NCBI GenBank assembly: GCA_002269645.1
Contig: NIVC01001010.1
Location: 248,001 to 312,000 of the forward strand
From: Macrostomum lignano
Taxonomy: Eukaryota
DNA: 64,000 nt
Direction: 5' to 3'
The translations under genes were made by a program, and so were the position numbers. The notes under the pieces were generated by a model, which ran no database searches, was not told the origin of the DNA, and saw only the letters and a list, made by a program, of their open reading frames with translations. Below, one piece after another: positions 11,330 through 23,435 of this stretch. Position 1 is the first letter of the stretch, and each line of letters starts with the position of its first letter.

Positions 11330-11520
11330 TCGGGTTCGAGATTGGGGTTTCGGGTTCGAGATTGGGGTTTCGGGTTCGAGATTGGGGTTTCGGGTTCGAG
11401 ATTGGGGTTTCGGGTTCGAGATTAGGGTTTCGGTTTTTAGATTAGGGTTTCAGGTTGGAGGTTAAGGTTCAAATTAAGGTTTCGGGTTCTCGATTAGGAA
11501 TTCGAATTCAGGATTCGAGT
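11330..11520. repeat. 20-bp minisatellite (gggttcgagattggggtttc)
   Basis: Four or more near-perfect units at 11331-11420, decaying afterwards. Confidence 0.85.
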
Positions 11521-13464
11521 TTCGGGTTTTAGCAAAAAATCAAATAATAGTTACTAGGGATCGTGGCCGGGGTGAAGCAGGTGCAATGATAGATTTTGTG
11601 CGTACTTTTCGTTTCTACTACGCTATTGTCCGGCTGCCAATATAAAAGTCCATAGCTTTTCCCGTCGTTTTTCTGCGTTCCAAAGATATTCTTAAGAATA
11701 TCTTCCTACTAGAAGCAGAAGTCTAAAAAAAAGCAAAACGTGTCGTTCTAGCGTTTCTCCCGGGAATTGGGCGCAAGATCTGCTTGTAGGCGCGCAGATT
11801 AATGAAAAAAATGTTCAATCTAAAACATGATTCGCCACTGTGGTTTGCTTATTCGTCGTAAGACAAGTAAGAAATCCTATAGCCTTACTTGGTAGAGAGC
11901 TGATCATGCCTCCAACTCAGCAGCTGGGGGGGTAGAGTGGCTGTTGGGTAAAGCAAACCACCCAGCACCAGGGATATTAACAGAGATTGTTCGCGAGCTG
12001 TGAGTATTATATGGGCACAGGAAATGGCCAAACCTGAGAAGGCATTTGGCCGGCAGCAGGCCCGCCACTTAAGAGGAAAAATCATATTAGACAATGTAAG
12101 CGACGGCCGCCTGGGGGGCTGTAAGTGCTACTGCACTGGAAGCGGCGTGCCAGATTTCCCACTTGAGCCATTAATTGCCTGTGCAATGCTGCTTGCTCTC
12201 TTCCTGCTGGCTGGGGGGGGGATTAGCGACGGGGATATTGATGAATTTCGATCAGCTGGAACTGGAGCTGGCCACAGGAAGGAATTAACGAATTATATAG
12301 CAGAACGCAGTTGCCAAGGCTCCATTCTATCGATTGCTAAAGGCGGGCGGGCAACTTCAAAGGGAAGTTGCTGGAAAGAAACTATAGAATAGGAGGCGGA
12401 AGGAGAGATCGAGCCGGTTTGACGTGGATTCCTCTATGTCTTGATCCACGCACGTCAGAACGGCCACTCGTAGCAATCTTCTAATTAGTTGTGTATGCGT
12501 GGCACAGTCACAGTTGTTTGGCGAAAATTGGTGCTGATTTGTTATGAAAGCTTAAAGCTATTATTAAACGCCACGTAATGAGCAGCAACAGGCACTCTAA
12601 TGTTGATAATAAATATGCCCGATCACTGTAACTATGCTGTAATACTGTAATACTGTAACTATGCTACGCATGCACAACTACAACTAATTAAGGAGTTACT
12701 GTACTATACATGGCCGTTCTGTAGTTTTGACGTGCACTCAGATAGAGAGGCACTAGAGGGGAGATGCGAGTGGGGAGACAAGAGAAGGAAAGACTATAGG
12801 TAGAGAGGGGATCAGAGCACTGCAGCCATGAACGCGTCCGACTCTCGCGCCTCGGCCCCTGGTTCGATTCCGTGCGCGGCACGAAAATTAAGCAGGTGGG
12901 TTGTTGTGCGATTCACAGCCATGAGGGCTAACCCCCCCCCGCCCCAAGGCACAGAGCTAGAGTGTACATTCCTGACGATTAGACAGTCAGGGCGCTGTAC
13001 ACCCTGCGTGAGCGCGTGTGTGAGTGCTGTGCCTGCGTACATAGCATTGGCGCGCTTGCATGACGCCAAGGTGCCCAGAAGAGAAATTTCTTCAGATTCA
13101 AAATAAAGATCTACGTCAGAAATTCAAAACTCCTTTGCACACCTCTACCCCCAGTGGACTTTACCTGCTCTTGAAGAAGAAACCTGTGTCTTACAAAGAA
13201 AAGTGAAAGATGTTAATCGTTAGCGTCAATTCATTGCAATCCCTTGCAATTAGTGTAACGGCAGCTGAACTACACTTGGACTGGTCCTAGCTGCCTTCCT
13301 CTGTGCCAAAAGCAGAAGGAACAACATGCTCTTAGGTCGTAATTAGCCTGTGAGCACCGCGGCATACAGGGGGCAATGCAACACTCCAGCTGTGCCCAAT
13401 TAAGCATTTAAAGATCAAGGATATACGAGCGTAGGTCCTGAATCGGCCTAAACTCGTATTTGTC

Positions 13465-14315
13465 TCTGTATATTTGTACAAACTGATTTCATGTCTTAGT
13501 GTCATCTGTATATTTGTACAAACTGATTTCATGTCTCAGTGTCATCTGTATATTTGTACAAACTGATTTCATGTCTCAGTGTCATCTGTATATTTGTACA
13601 AACTGATTTCATGTCTCAGTGTCTTTGTATATTTGTACAAACTGATTTCATGTCTCAGTGTCATCTGTATATTTGTACAAACTGATTTCATGTCTCAGTG
13701 TCTTTGTATATTTGTACAAACTGATTTCATGTCTCAGTGTCTGCATATTGAACAAACTGATTTCATGTCTCAGTGTCATCTGTATATTGAACAAACTGAT
13801 TTCATGTCTCAGTGTCATCTGTATATTTGTACAAACTGATTTCATGTCTCAGTGTCGCTGTATATTGAACAAACTGATTTCATGTCTCAGTGTCTGCATA
13901 TTGAACAAACTGATTTCATGTCTCAGTGTCATCTGTATATTGAACAAACTGATTTCATGTCTCAGTGTCATCTGTATATTGAACAAACTGATTTCATGTC
14001 TCAGTGTCATCTGTATATTGAACAAACTTATTTCATGTCTCAGTGTCATCTGTATATTGAACAAACTGATTTCATGTCTCAGTGTCTGCATATTGTACAA
14101 ACTGATTTCATGTCTCAGTGTCATCTGTATATTGTACAAACTGATTTCATGTCTCAGTGTCATCTGTATATTAAACAAACTGATTTCATGTCTCAGTGTC
14201 ATCTGTATATTGTACAAACTGATTTCATGTCTCAGTGTCATCTGTATATTGTACAAACTGATTTCATGTCTCAGTGTCATCTGTATATTGAACAAACTGA
14301 TTTCATGTCTCAGAC
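13465..14315. repeat. ~37-40 bp minisatellite (tgtatattgaacaaactgatttcatgtctcagtgtcatc)
   Basis: 13-aa periodicity in the ORF track; about 22 units. Confidence 0.95.
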
Positions 14316-14614
14316 TCACGCCCACAGACAAGCCTACACTAATCTGAGTCTGGCTCACGCCACAGCCTAATGGCATTACCATGCAGCCAAGGTATAGCCG
14401 CATCCGGTATCCCATCATCATCCCGCTCTAACGGGCAGAAAAGGCAATAAGGTCATTAGCGTGTTATAAGCAGACAGAATATAAGCAGTAGGCCTTGGTT
14501 TGCATGGTAAGTCGGATTTTAAGCCCTTATTTATTTTTTCCGCTTCTCAAAAATATACAAAAAAAAGCGCGCAAGTAGTTCACCAAGTTAGATTTTTGCA
14601 TAGGTGCACCAACG

Positions 14615-15365
14615 ACTGTGTGCGCTTCTTACTGTGCGCGCTTCTTACTGTGGGCGCTTCTTACAGTGCGCGCTTATTACTACAGTGCGCGCTTCTTACA
14701 GTGCGCGCTTCTTACAGTGCGCGCTTCTTACAGTGCGCGCTTCTTACAGTGCGCGCTTCTTACAGTGCGCGCTTCTTACAGTGCGCGCTTATTACTACAG
14801 TGCGCGCTTCTTACAGTGCGCGCTTCTTACAGTGCGCGCTTCTTACAGTGCGCGCTTCTTACAGTGCGCGCTTCTTACTGTGTGCGCTTCTTACAGTGCG
14901 CGCTTCTTACAGTGCGCGCTTCTTACAGTGCGCGCTTCTTACAGTGCGCGCTTCTTACAGTGCGCGCTTCTTACAGTGCGCGCTTCTTACAGTGTGCGCT
15001 TCTTACAGTGCGCGCTTCTTACAGTGCGCGCTTCTTACAGTGCGCGCTTCTTACAGTGCGCGCTTCTTACAGTGCGCGCTTCTTACAGTGCGCGCTTCTT
15101 ACAGTGCGCGCTTCTTACAGTGCGCGCTTATTACAGTGCGCGCTTCTTACAGTGTGCGCTTCTTACAGTGCGCGCTTCTTACAGTGCGCGCTTCTTACTG
15201 TGTGCGCTTCTTACAGTGCGCGCTTCTTACAGTGCGCGCTTCTTACAGTGCGCGCTTCTTACAGTGCGCGCTTCTTACAGTGTGCGCTTCTTACAGTGCG
15301 CGCTTCTTACAGTGCGCGCTTCTTACAGTGTGCGCTTCTTACAGTGCGCGCTTATTACGTTACGC
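14615..15365. repeat. 16-bp CpG-rich minisatellite (ttcttacagtgcgcgc)
   Basis: Tandem units visible directly. Confidence 0.95.
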
Positions 15366-16727
15366 GCTTTCAACTGTGCGTTATTTTAGCTGCGCACTTC
15401 TGCTTATTCAAGCGTTCAGTTCAGCCAATGTTTTTGCATAACCGAATCTCCATCGAGTCAGCTTGATGTTGAAGTTAATCTTGTTTATAAATTCAATTGG
15501 CCCGTGCAGAAAACTTTTTCCTTGCACCAGAGGTCAGATAAATTCGATCAAAAGTGCCTGGTTGCCTTCAGCGTTTAATAAATTATTTATTCTATATTGG
15601 GCAACATTTTGGGGGCAGTAAGTGCAATCAAATGAATTGGAGCCCTCTGAGCTCAGCTTGATCAACTTGGTGGACTCGACGGACTGCAAACCAAGGACTA
15701 CTAATGTTAGCTGGACCGGAAACTATGATTCTTGGAAAATGTTCAAGAAGGCAGGTTTTTGCCGAAAAAATACATTGCGGAGAATGGAGGTTTTCATATT
15801 TCAGTACAAAATTTGTTATTGCATTTAATATTAGGCAGACCCAATGCTCATCTTTTGCTCATCTTGTTTTATAGTTAAAAATCAATTTTCTTTCGAAATC
15901 AATAAGCTAAGCATGATAAAAAATATTCATAAAATGCACTACTTACGACTTGAGAAAGGCAAGTCATATCGGAAAGAAAAGCATTGGGTCTGCCTCCTAT
16001 CAAAAGCACAAATTTTGTGCTGACAATTAATAAACTTTTTTTCTGTAAAACCAGCCTCCTAAACATTTCTATGAAACGCAGTTTCCCCGTCCTTCTACTT
16101 GAGTAGGCCCTCGCTACAAGCTGCAAATGCCAAAAATTCATCTGGAAAATCCCTAATCAGAAAATCCCTCTCATTGCAAAAACCTTATTCTCCCATCAGA
16201 GCAATACTCATTATAAGAATCCCCCGCTTATTCTGGTCGATACATACTCATATAATGTTTATTCCATTGCGAAAACGGCAACTAAGGAATTTCTTCAACC
16301 CCAAAAAAGATCAAAAAAGCTGAATTTAGGCCGATGGAGGCCGCCGTCCCGGTAACAGTAATTTAGGAATTTCAGGGGCTCAAACCAGCGACAGCTCTCG
16401 ATGCTGCCTCCCCATTCCCATACAGGATGCAGCCTTAGGGGGTTATTTTGTTGCAATTTCGTCCCATAGCGAGGTGGTTCTGTCCAACGCCACTTCTGCA
16501 CGAGAACGCCCCCCCCCCCTGACCCACCGGAACTGAGCAAGCCAGTAGGGGAAGCCGACAGGGTGCTCAGGATAAGCAAGCGATGGGGAGAATATTTATG
16601 GGAGAAAAATTTGGCGTGGCGCTCTGTGAGCGACAGGGGAGTCCGCATGAGACGGACAGTGGCGCTGGGTTGGGATTAAAAATAATTGGAAAGCCCAAGA
16701 AAGTACAGCGCGACCACACGTGTGACC

Positions 16728-17086
16728 TGTCAAGTCGCGCCCAGTAAACAATGACAAGGCCGCCCGTGGGCTTGGTTTGAGTCAAGTACGAAGTTGTGTA
16801 TTTGAGATGAGCGAATTATTGCAATGATTGTGAGATACGAGGTGGTAGGTGGCGAGACCAATATATAGGCTTAAAAGACAAACAAGTAAGTGGGCTTAAA
16901 ACTCAGAATCGATCACTACTGAATATTATCATGTCAAGGGGGAGAGAGAGAAAAAGTACGCAGAGCAGCGTACACCGGAGTTGGCCGGTTTGGTTAGTTA
17001 GGCTGGCTGGCTAGTTAGAGTTACTCATAATTGGACTCAGGTGAGTCAGGTGCAGTGCAGTACATCAAAACACGCCCGGCACCTCA
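16728..17086 (-). repeat. 3' LTR (359 bp)
   Basis: Direct repeat of 21004-21362; only 2 mismatches found by eye. Confidence 0.95.
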
Positions 17087-20000
17087 TCTCCCCCTTCGAA
17101 TCGCAACGGGGGCACGCCTCGATTCGCTCGGAGGTTGTAGCTCGGTCTCTGAGCCGTAGTCGCCTTGTCAGTTCCGGCTCTGCTCTCCGCTAAGCGGTTG
17201 TGGCCACCGGACTCGGGAGTACTCGGGACTGAGCTCGCCGCCGGCTGGTTCTCCACCTGCTCTGACGTGGCCGAGACCGGAGGTCCGTCGCTGCCGGGCG
17301 TCACTGTTGGCAGGTCGGCGGGCTTCGCCGCCCCCTCGGAGCGGAGGTTGCCGTTCAGGTCGGTTGTCGCAGTCGCGCCGCCCTCATTGTTGTCAGGCTC
17401 GTGTCGCCGAAGTTGGTCAAGGTGGGCGAGTGTGACTCTGTTGCCTTGTCGCACGATCAGCGCCGTGTTGGATCCCTTCTGCGCTAGGAATTCTGCCTTC
17501 TCCGGGATCGCGCCTCTCCTTGGGGCGTACCACACCTCGGACCGGATTGCTGTTCTCATGGTGATGGGGTTCCGCAGCTGCCTGCCCATCAGCTGCGCTG
17601 GACTGAACTCTCTTCCGGCATGCGGCACGCATCGGTAGTTTAGCAGAATCCGCGCGAGGAACGCGTCGTACGACTCCTGCTGGTCCCAGCCCGCCGAGGC
17701 CACCTTGATCGTCTGCACCATGCGCTCAGCCAGGCCGTTCGACTGGGGGTGGTATGGCGGAGTTTTCACAGCGCGGCAGCCAATTCTGCTCAGCCAACTC
17801 ACCAACCCTTCATCATGAAATTCAGCAGCATTGTCACTCACCAGGGTTCGTGGAACTCCATTGCGGGCGAAGACCTCTTGGAGGACCTTCCTGACGGTCG
17901 CGGCGCTCTTGTCCGGCACTCGGACGGCCTCCGGCCAGGCGGACATGGCGTCGACCAGGACCAGCAGGAGCCCGACCTTTGGGACGTGAGCGTGGTCCAT
18001 GTGGACGCGTCCCCAGGGTTCAGAGTCGGCCGGCCATTGATGGACGCTGCTGTGGCCGCTTTGGCGTTGCTTGGCGCAGGTGTGGCAGGCACGGACGAAT
18101 CCTTCCACGTCGCCGCAGTAGCCTGGCCACCAGACGGAGTTGCGGACCAGCGCTCGTGTGCTCGAGGCACCGGGGTGCGCCCCGCTGTGTACCAACTCCA
18201 GGACGCGGCTTCGCAAAGACGAGGGAATGACTGGCCGGTCTCCGTAGCACACTACCGAGTCGTCTATTGTAAGCGCGTGACGAATTGCCTTGAAGGGCCG
18301 CTCTGCAGGGGAGCAGCCCGACCAGCGATTTCCGGCTATCCTGCGCATGACATCTGCTAGCAGCCTGTCACGTTTTGTCTCCTCTGCTAGCTCATTCCAA
18401 CCAATGACGCTTTCACCAGCCCAATGCACCAGGTGGTGGTGGTGAGTCGCAGCTTCAACCTGGTCGTCCGGAACGTCGGCAAAGTCGAGCCGGGAGAGCG
18501 CATCGGCGTGCGGAATTTGGGCTCCTCGGACGTACTCAATTGCGAAGTCGAACCCCATGAGGCGGATGGCCCAGCGAAGCAGTCGAGCGTTGGCGACCTT
18601 GGGGAGTTGTTGTCTTGTTCCAAACAGGAACTCTAGAGGGCGGTGGTCCGTTCGCAGTGTGAAACGCTTGCCTAGAAGGAATTGTCGAGCCCTCTCCATC
18701 GCCCAAACAATCGCCAGAGCCTCCCGCTCGATGTTGGAGTAGCGTGCCTCCGCCTGTGTCAATCGCCGGCTGAAGTAGATGACGGGGTGCCCTTCCTGCG
18801 TGAGCACGGCGGCCACCGCCTTTTCACTGGCGTCTGTCGTCAGCGTTGTCTCTTTGGCTCGGTCATAAGGCTGGATGATCGGGCCGGAGCTCAGAAGCTT
18901 CTTCAGCTGGTGGAAGGCCGCTTCTTGCGCAGCTCCCCATACAAACTCCGCTCCCTTCTTGCGCAGCTGGTTCAAAGGCTCGACAACGTGCGCATAGCTG
19001 TTGACAAACCTTCCGAAGAAATTGCAGAGACCAAGGAACGACTCTAACTGGCGACGGTCGCGTGGCGCGGAGATCTCCATGATTTTGCTGACCAGGCCGG
19101 GGTCTGGCGAGATTCCGTCTGCGCTGATTCTGTAGCCCAGGAACTTGACTGTCTTGGCCCCCAGGTTGGATTTGGCGAGATTTATATTCATGCCGGCCGC
19201 CTGTAGGGTCTTGATTACTTCATCAACTTTGGCCTTGAGACCCTCGGCAGATTGACCTCCGATAAGGATGTCGTCTTGATAAATGACCTTGCCGCTTACG
19301 TCCTCGAGGGTGGTCTCCATTGCCTTTTGAAAGATGGCGGATGCTGACTTAAGCCCAGGCACTAGTCGGGTGTAGCGGAACAGCCCTAAAGGAGTTGCAA
19401 TCGTGGTGACCTCCCTGCTCTTCTCCTCGAGCTCGATCTGTAAGTAGGCGTCAGATAGGTCGAGAGTGGCAAAGTCAGTCATTCCGGCAACGTCCGAGAA
19501 GATCGTCTCGACGGTTGGCATGGGGTAGGTGTCCCCGCACACCTGATGGTTGACCCCCGCTTTGTAGTCGGCGCAAATTCTGACATTGCCATTAGGTTTT
19601 AGGACGCAGACGATCGGGGACGCCCATTCGCTGCCGCCCTCCGTCACCGGCTCGATGATGCCCTCAGTCACGAGACGCTTTAGCTCCTGATTGACGCGGT
19701 CACGCAGGTGCAGCGGCACTGCTCTGGCTGCGCAGTAGAAAGGCTTGGCACCCTCAATCAGCTTGATCCTGGCCTGGAAGCCTTTCAGACAATCGAGATG
19801 TTGAACTACGGAATCCTGAGCACTGGCTGCCTGGCCTTCGGGGTTCCAATCCAGATTGTCAAGACCCAGCAGTCCATGTGACTTGCGCGCTGCTGTGACC
19901 ACCAAGTCGACTGTGCGGAACTTTTCTTGGTCATCCCACGTGGCAGTGAACTCTCCCAGGGTTCTTATGATCGATCCGTCGAACTGTCTCAGAATTCGTC

Positions 20001-21003
20001 TGGATTTCCTCAGTGCTGGGCATCCAAGTGCCTCCCAGTGGCCCCGTGGAATGAGACTCACATCAGCGCCCGTATCTACCTGCATTTGCAGCTCCTTGCC
20101 GTTGATTTTGACCTGCCGGAAGATGTCGTTCCGCTCTCTGCGCTCCGGTCTGATGACGAAGACGTTGGCGGTATCTCGCTCCATCTCGGCGCCTTCGTTC
20201 TCCTCCCAGGTCTCTAGATGCACGGTGCGGGACCTGCATACGGCAGCGAAGTGGTTTTTCTTGTTGCAGGCGGTGCACCGCTTGCCGAACGCAGGGCATG
20301 CGCCTTGCTGGTGCAAACCGCCGCAATATTGGCACTTCGTCTTGCTGATGTTCCTCGGTGGTCTGGTGTCCGGCGCTGGCTGTGGGGGCGTGCCGCGCCG
20401 CCCTGCATAGGCGATGCTGGCCTCGGTGTTGGCAGCGGCCCCGGTGCTGGTGTTGTAGCAGCGGATTTGCTCAAGTTGCTCAAGTGTTTGCAGCACCTCG
20501 TTCAGCAGCATGTCGGTAGCTTGCATTCTCTCCAACAGTCTATGTTTGTGGTCCACAGAGGCGAGTCCGTCCACGAGCCGCATGGTGATGAGCTCGTCCT
20601 CGCTTGACTGTTTCGTCCCGAGCTTCTCAAAGCTACACGTAGCCGCTGCTGCACGGAGTCGGCGGTAGTAGGAGGCGACACTTTCGCTTGGGTCCTGCCT
20701 GAGGGCGAGGAATTTTGCTCGTTCGGCAATATCGAGGCGCTTCTTGGGCCGGATTGTCTCCTTGATGATGTCTCGAATTTGTTCAAATGTTTTTTTCTCC
20801 AGGCTGGTCGGGGCAGCCATGAGGGACAGCGTTCTCAGTGCCTTGAGACCTGCCCTGGCGAGGAATAGATCGGTGATCTGCCGATCTTCTTCTGTGTCCG
20901 TCAGTTTCTTGGTTCGTGCGGCAGCCGCAAAGCTGAGCAGCCAAGCTTCGGCTGTGTCTGGGTCATCCAAGTTTAGTTCGGAGTTGTTTGCTTGCGACGC
21001 CAT
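17065..21003 (-). CDS. Gag-Pol polyprotein (Gag with two Cys/His knuckles, protease, RT, RNase H, integrase)
   Basis: CQYCGGLH..C and CTACNKKNHFAAVC knuckles, VDTGA protease, YQDD RT, TDAS RNase H, H..AH...C..C and DDE integrase, in Ty3/Gypsy order. First ATG is at 21003 (the track start 21033 is a TTG inside the LTR). Confidence 0.95.
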   Translation of the reverse strand: MASQANNSELNLDDPDTAEAWLLSFAAAARTKKLTDTEEDRQITDLFLARAGLKALRTLSLMAAPTSLEKKTFEQIRDIIKETIRPKKRLDIAERAKFLALRQDPSESVASYYRRLRAAAATCSFEKLGTKQSSEDELITMRLVDGLASVDHKHRLLERMQATDMLLNEVLQTLEQLEQIRCYNTSTGAAANTEASIAYAGRRGTPPQPAPDTRPPRNISKTKCQYCGGLHQQGACPAFGKRCTACNKKNHFAAVCRSRTVHLETWEENEGAEMERDTANVFVIRPERRERNDIFRQVKINGKELQMQVDTGADVSLIPRGHWEALGCPALRKSRRILRQFDGSIIRTLGEFTATWDDQEKFRTVDLVVTAARKSHGLLGLDNLDWNPEGQAASAQDSVVQHLDCLKGFQARIKLIEGAKPFYCAARAVPLHLRDRVNQELKRLVTEGIIEPVTEGGSEWASPIVCVLKPNGNVRICADYKAGVNHQVCGDTYPMPTVETIFSDVAGMTDFATLDLSDAYLQIELEEKSREVTTIATPLGLFRYTRLVPGLKSASAIFQKAMETTLEDVSGKVIYQDDILIGGQSAEGLKAKVDEVIKTLQAAGMNINLAKSNLGAKTVKFLGYRISADGISPDPGLVSKIMEISAPRDRRQLESFLGLCNFFGRFVNSYAHVVEPLNQLRKKGAEFVWGAAQEAAFHQLKKLLSSGPIIQPYDRAKETTLTTDASEKAVAAVLTQEGHPVIYFSRRLTQAEARYSNIEREALAIVWAMERARQFLLGKRFTLRTDHRPLEFLFGTRQQLPKVANARLLRWAIRLMGFDFAIEYVRGAQIPHADALSRLDFADVPDDQVEAATHHHHLVHWAGESVIGWNELAEETKRDRLLADVMRRIAGNRWSGCSPAERPFKAIRHALTIDDSVVCYGDRPVIPSSLRSRVLELVHSGAHPGASSTRALVRNSVWWPGYCGDVEGFVRACHTCAKQRQSGHSSVHQWPADSEPWGRVHMDHAHVPKVGLLLVLVDAMSAWPEAVRVPDKSAATVRKVLQEVFARNGVPRTLVSDNAAEFHDEGLVSWLSRIGCRAVKTPPYHPQSNGLAERMVQTIKVASAGWDQQESYDAFLARILLNYRCVPHAGREFSPAQLMGRQLRNPITMRTAIRSEVWYAPRRGAIPEKAEFLAQKGSNTALIVRQGNRVTLAHLDQLRRHEPDNNEGGATATTDLNGNLRSEGAAKPADLPTVTPGSDGPPVSATSEQVENQPAASSVPSTPESGGHNRLAESRAGTDKATTAQRPSYNLRANRGVPPLRFEGGDEVPGVF

Positions 21004-21362
21004 TGTCAAGTCGCGCCCAGTAAACGATGACAAGGCCGCCCGTGGGCTTGGTTTGAGTCAAGTACGAAGTTGTGTATTTGAGATGAGCGAATTATTGCAA
21101 TGATTGTGAGATACGAGGTGGTAGGTGGCGAGACCAATATATAGGCTTAAAAGACAAACAAGTAAGTGGGCTTAAAACTCAGAATCGATCACTACTGAAT
21201 ATTATCATGTCAAGGGGGAGAGAGAGAAAAAGTACGCAGAGCAGCGTACACCGGAGTAGGCCGGTTTGGTTAGTTAGGCTGGCTGGCTAGTTAGAGTTAC
21301 TCATAATTGGACTCAGGTGAGTCAGGTGCAGTGCAGTACATCAAAACACGCCCGGCACCTCA
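21004..21362 (-). repeat. 5' LTR (359 bp)
   Basis: Direct repeat of 16728-17086; contains TATATA and two TGACTCA motifs. Confidence 0.95.
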
Positions 21363-21364
21363 TG

Positions 21365-22010
21365 ACCTCCTGATTCCCTTCATCTCAGCTGACCCTCCCT
21401 TCATCTATTATCTAACCCTCCCTTCATCTATTATCTGACCCTCCCTTCATCTATTATCTGACCCTCCCTTCATCTATTATCTGACCCTCCCTTTATCTAT
21501 TATCTGACCCTCCCTTCATCTATTATCTGACCCTCCCTTCATCTATTATCTGACCCTCCCTTCATCTATTATCTGACCCTCCCTTCATCTATTATCTGAC
21601 CCTCCCTTTATCTATTATCTGACCCTCCCTTCATCTATTATCTGACCCTCCCTTCATCTATTATCTGACCCTCCCTTTATCTCTCAACTGATCCTGTCTT
21701 CATTATCTCTCATCTGACCCTCCCTTCATCTATTATCTGACCCTCCCTTTATCTCTCAACTGATCCTGTCTTCATTATCTCTCATCTGACCCTCCCTTCA
21801 TCTATTATCTGACCCTCCCTTCATCTATTATCTGACCCTCCCTTCATCTATTATCTGACCCTCCCTTCATCTCTCATCTGACCCTCCCTTCATCTATTAT
21901 CTGACCCTCCCTTTATCTCTCAACTGATCCTGTCTTCATTATCTCTCATCTGACCCCTCCCTTTATCTCTCATCTGACCCCTCCCTTCATCTCTCATCTG
22001 ACCCCTCATC
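21365..22010. repeat. 23-bp pyrimidine-rich minisatellite (tgaccctcccttcatctattatc)
   Basis: Tandem units start immediately beside the LTR element's TSD. Confidence 0.93.
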
Positions 22011-22252
22011 AATGGCTCTCCTGGCACCTGTCCCTCCATTTGAATCCACCCAGATTTCACCAAAGCCGCCTAGGTTCCCAAACAAGGCCTCCCATATGCA
22101 CTTTCCTATTGCGGATTTGAAATCCTCACTGACCAATCGCTGCCCGACAGACTCTCATTGGTCCCCCATAGCAGCTTTAAAATCCCTTGACTGTTTTATC
22201 GGATCCATAAAGCCTCGTCACCGGCTCGCTCTCTGTCTCCGACTCCGCCGAC

Positions 22253-22774
22253 ATGAACGGCACCGACTTGTTGAACGGCAGCGGCAGCCCGGCTGGGGAG
22301 CCGCCGGACCCGAAGTTCACCCTGCCAGCTGGTATCGCCATGCTGCTGTGCCTGCTGCTTGGCCTGGCTGGCAATCTGCTCCTGGTGCTGGTGATCCTGA
22401 GCCGCCGGGATATGCGCACCAATCTTATCAACTTGTTCATAGCCAGTCTGTGCATCAACGACTTGCTGAATCTGCTCACCAACCAGAGCATGGTTGCCGT
22501 GTCCTACCTGGCTCACGGATGGGTTCTTGGCGACCTGCTGTGCGACCTCATGCCGGAGCTGAACATGCTGCTGGTGTGCGTGTCTCTGTGGCACCACGCC
22601 CTGATTGGCCTGCATCGCTACATTGTGGTGGTGCACCGCAACGCCTACCTGGGGATGCACAAGGGACTGTACTCGGTCTGCATGCTGGTTGGGACTCGAC
22701 TGTTCGCCACCATGCTCAGCCTCACGCATCCGCTATTTAACGGGGGCCGCTGGTTTAACATGACCACTTATCAG
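22253..22774 (+). CDS. Class A (rhodopsin-like) GPCR, exon 1 (TM1-TM4); melatonin-receptor/Moody/Tre1-like orphan
   Basis: N-glycosylation sequons, TM1 GN, TM2 LxxxD, W-LG--LC, HRY at the end of TM3. Donor CAG|GTAGCT at 22775, phase 0. Confidence 0.88.
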
Positions 22775-22778
22775 GTAG

Positions 22779-23232
22779 CTGTGCCCTTCACCTGTGCCCT
22801 TCACCTGTGCCCTTCACCTGTGCCCCTCACCTGTGCCCTTCACCTGTGCCCTTCACCTGTGCCCTTCACCTGTGCCCTTCACCTGTGCCCTTCATTGGGC
22901 CCTTCACCTGTGCCCTTCACCTGTGCCCTTCACCTGTGCCCTTCACCTGTGCCCTTCACCTGTGCCCTTCACCTGTGCCCTTCACCTGTGCCCCTCACTT
23001 GTGCCCTTCACCTGTGCCTTCACCTGTGCCTTCCCCTGTGCCCTTCACCTGTGCCCTTCACCTGTGCCTTCACCTGTGCCCTTCACCTGTGCCCTTCACC
23101 TGTGCCCCTCACTTGTGCCCTTCACCTGTGCCTTCACCTGTGCCCCTCACCTGTGCCCTTCACCTGTGCCCTTCACCTATGCCCTTCACCTGTGTCCTTC
23201 ACCTGTACCCTTCACCTGTGCCCTTCACCAGT
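22779..23232. repeat. 13-bp minisatellite (tgtgcccttcacc) in the GPCR intron
   Basis: Tandem units begin about 4 nt after the donor GT. Confidence 0.95.
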
Positions 23233-23435
23233 CCCTGATAATCTCAGCATCAGATCCTCTGATTCTTCCAATGGCTCCCAATCCCCCTCTCGATCCCCTT
23301 GCAATTTGATCGGCCTTGCGAGCTGCAGCTGAGGCCAGAATGGCTGCTTATCTATCGGCTCAGTCCGTATCTCCACGCCTAGATCTTCTCGAAAAATTTA
23401 ACGGATTGGCCACCCAAACCTTTTTTGCTCACCAG

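Larger units (their letters stand above)
16728..21362 (-). mobile_element. Full-length Ty3/Gypsy (Mag-like) LTR retrotransposon, 4635 bp
   Basis: Two 359-bp LTRs with TG...CA ends, a 5-bp TSD TGACC (16723-16727 and 21363-21367), a PBS-like TGGCG next to the 5' LTR, a PPT (GAAGGGGGAGA) next to the 3' LTR, and one intact gag-pol ORF. Confidence 0.97.

Noticed and set aside
12820-12885. tRNA-like B-box ggttcgattcc (a similar degenerate head lies on the minus strand at 26935-26998)
   Set aside because: No complete cloverleaf or clear A box. It may be a SINE remnant but cannot be supported as a tRNA gene.
13465-14315. CRISPR-like appearance of the 37-40 bp repeats (also the 31-bp array at 62620-64000)
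   Set aside because: The units are contiguous with no unique spacers, there are no cas genes, and the context is eukaryotic.
17165-21103. Antisense and alternate-frame ORFs inside the retrotransposon and inside the GC-rich exons
   Set aside because: These are expected shadow ORFs of GC-rich coding sequence with no recognisable motifs.
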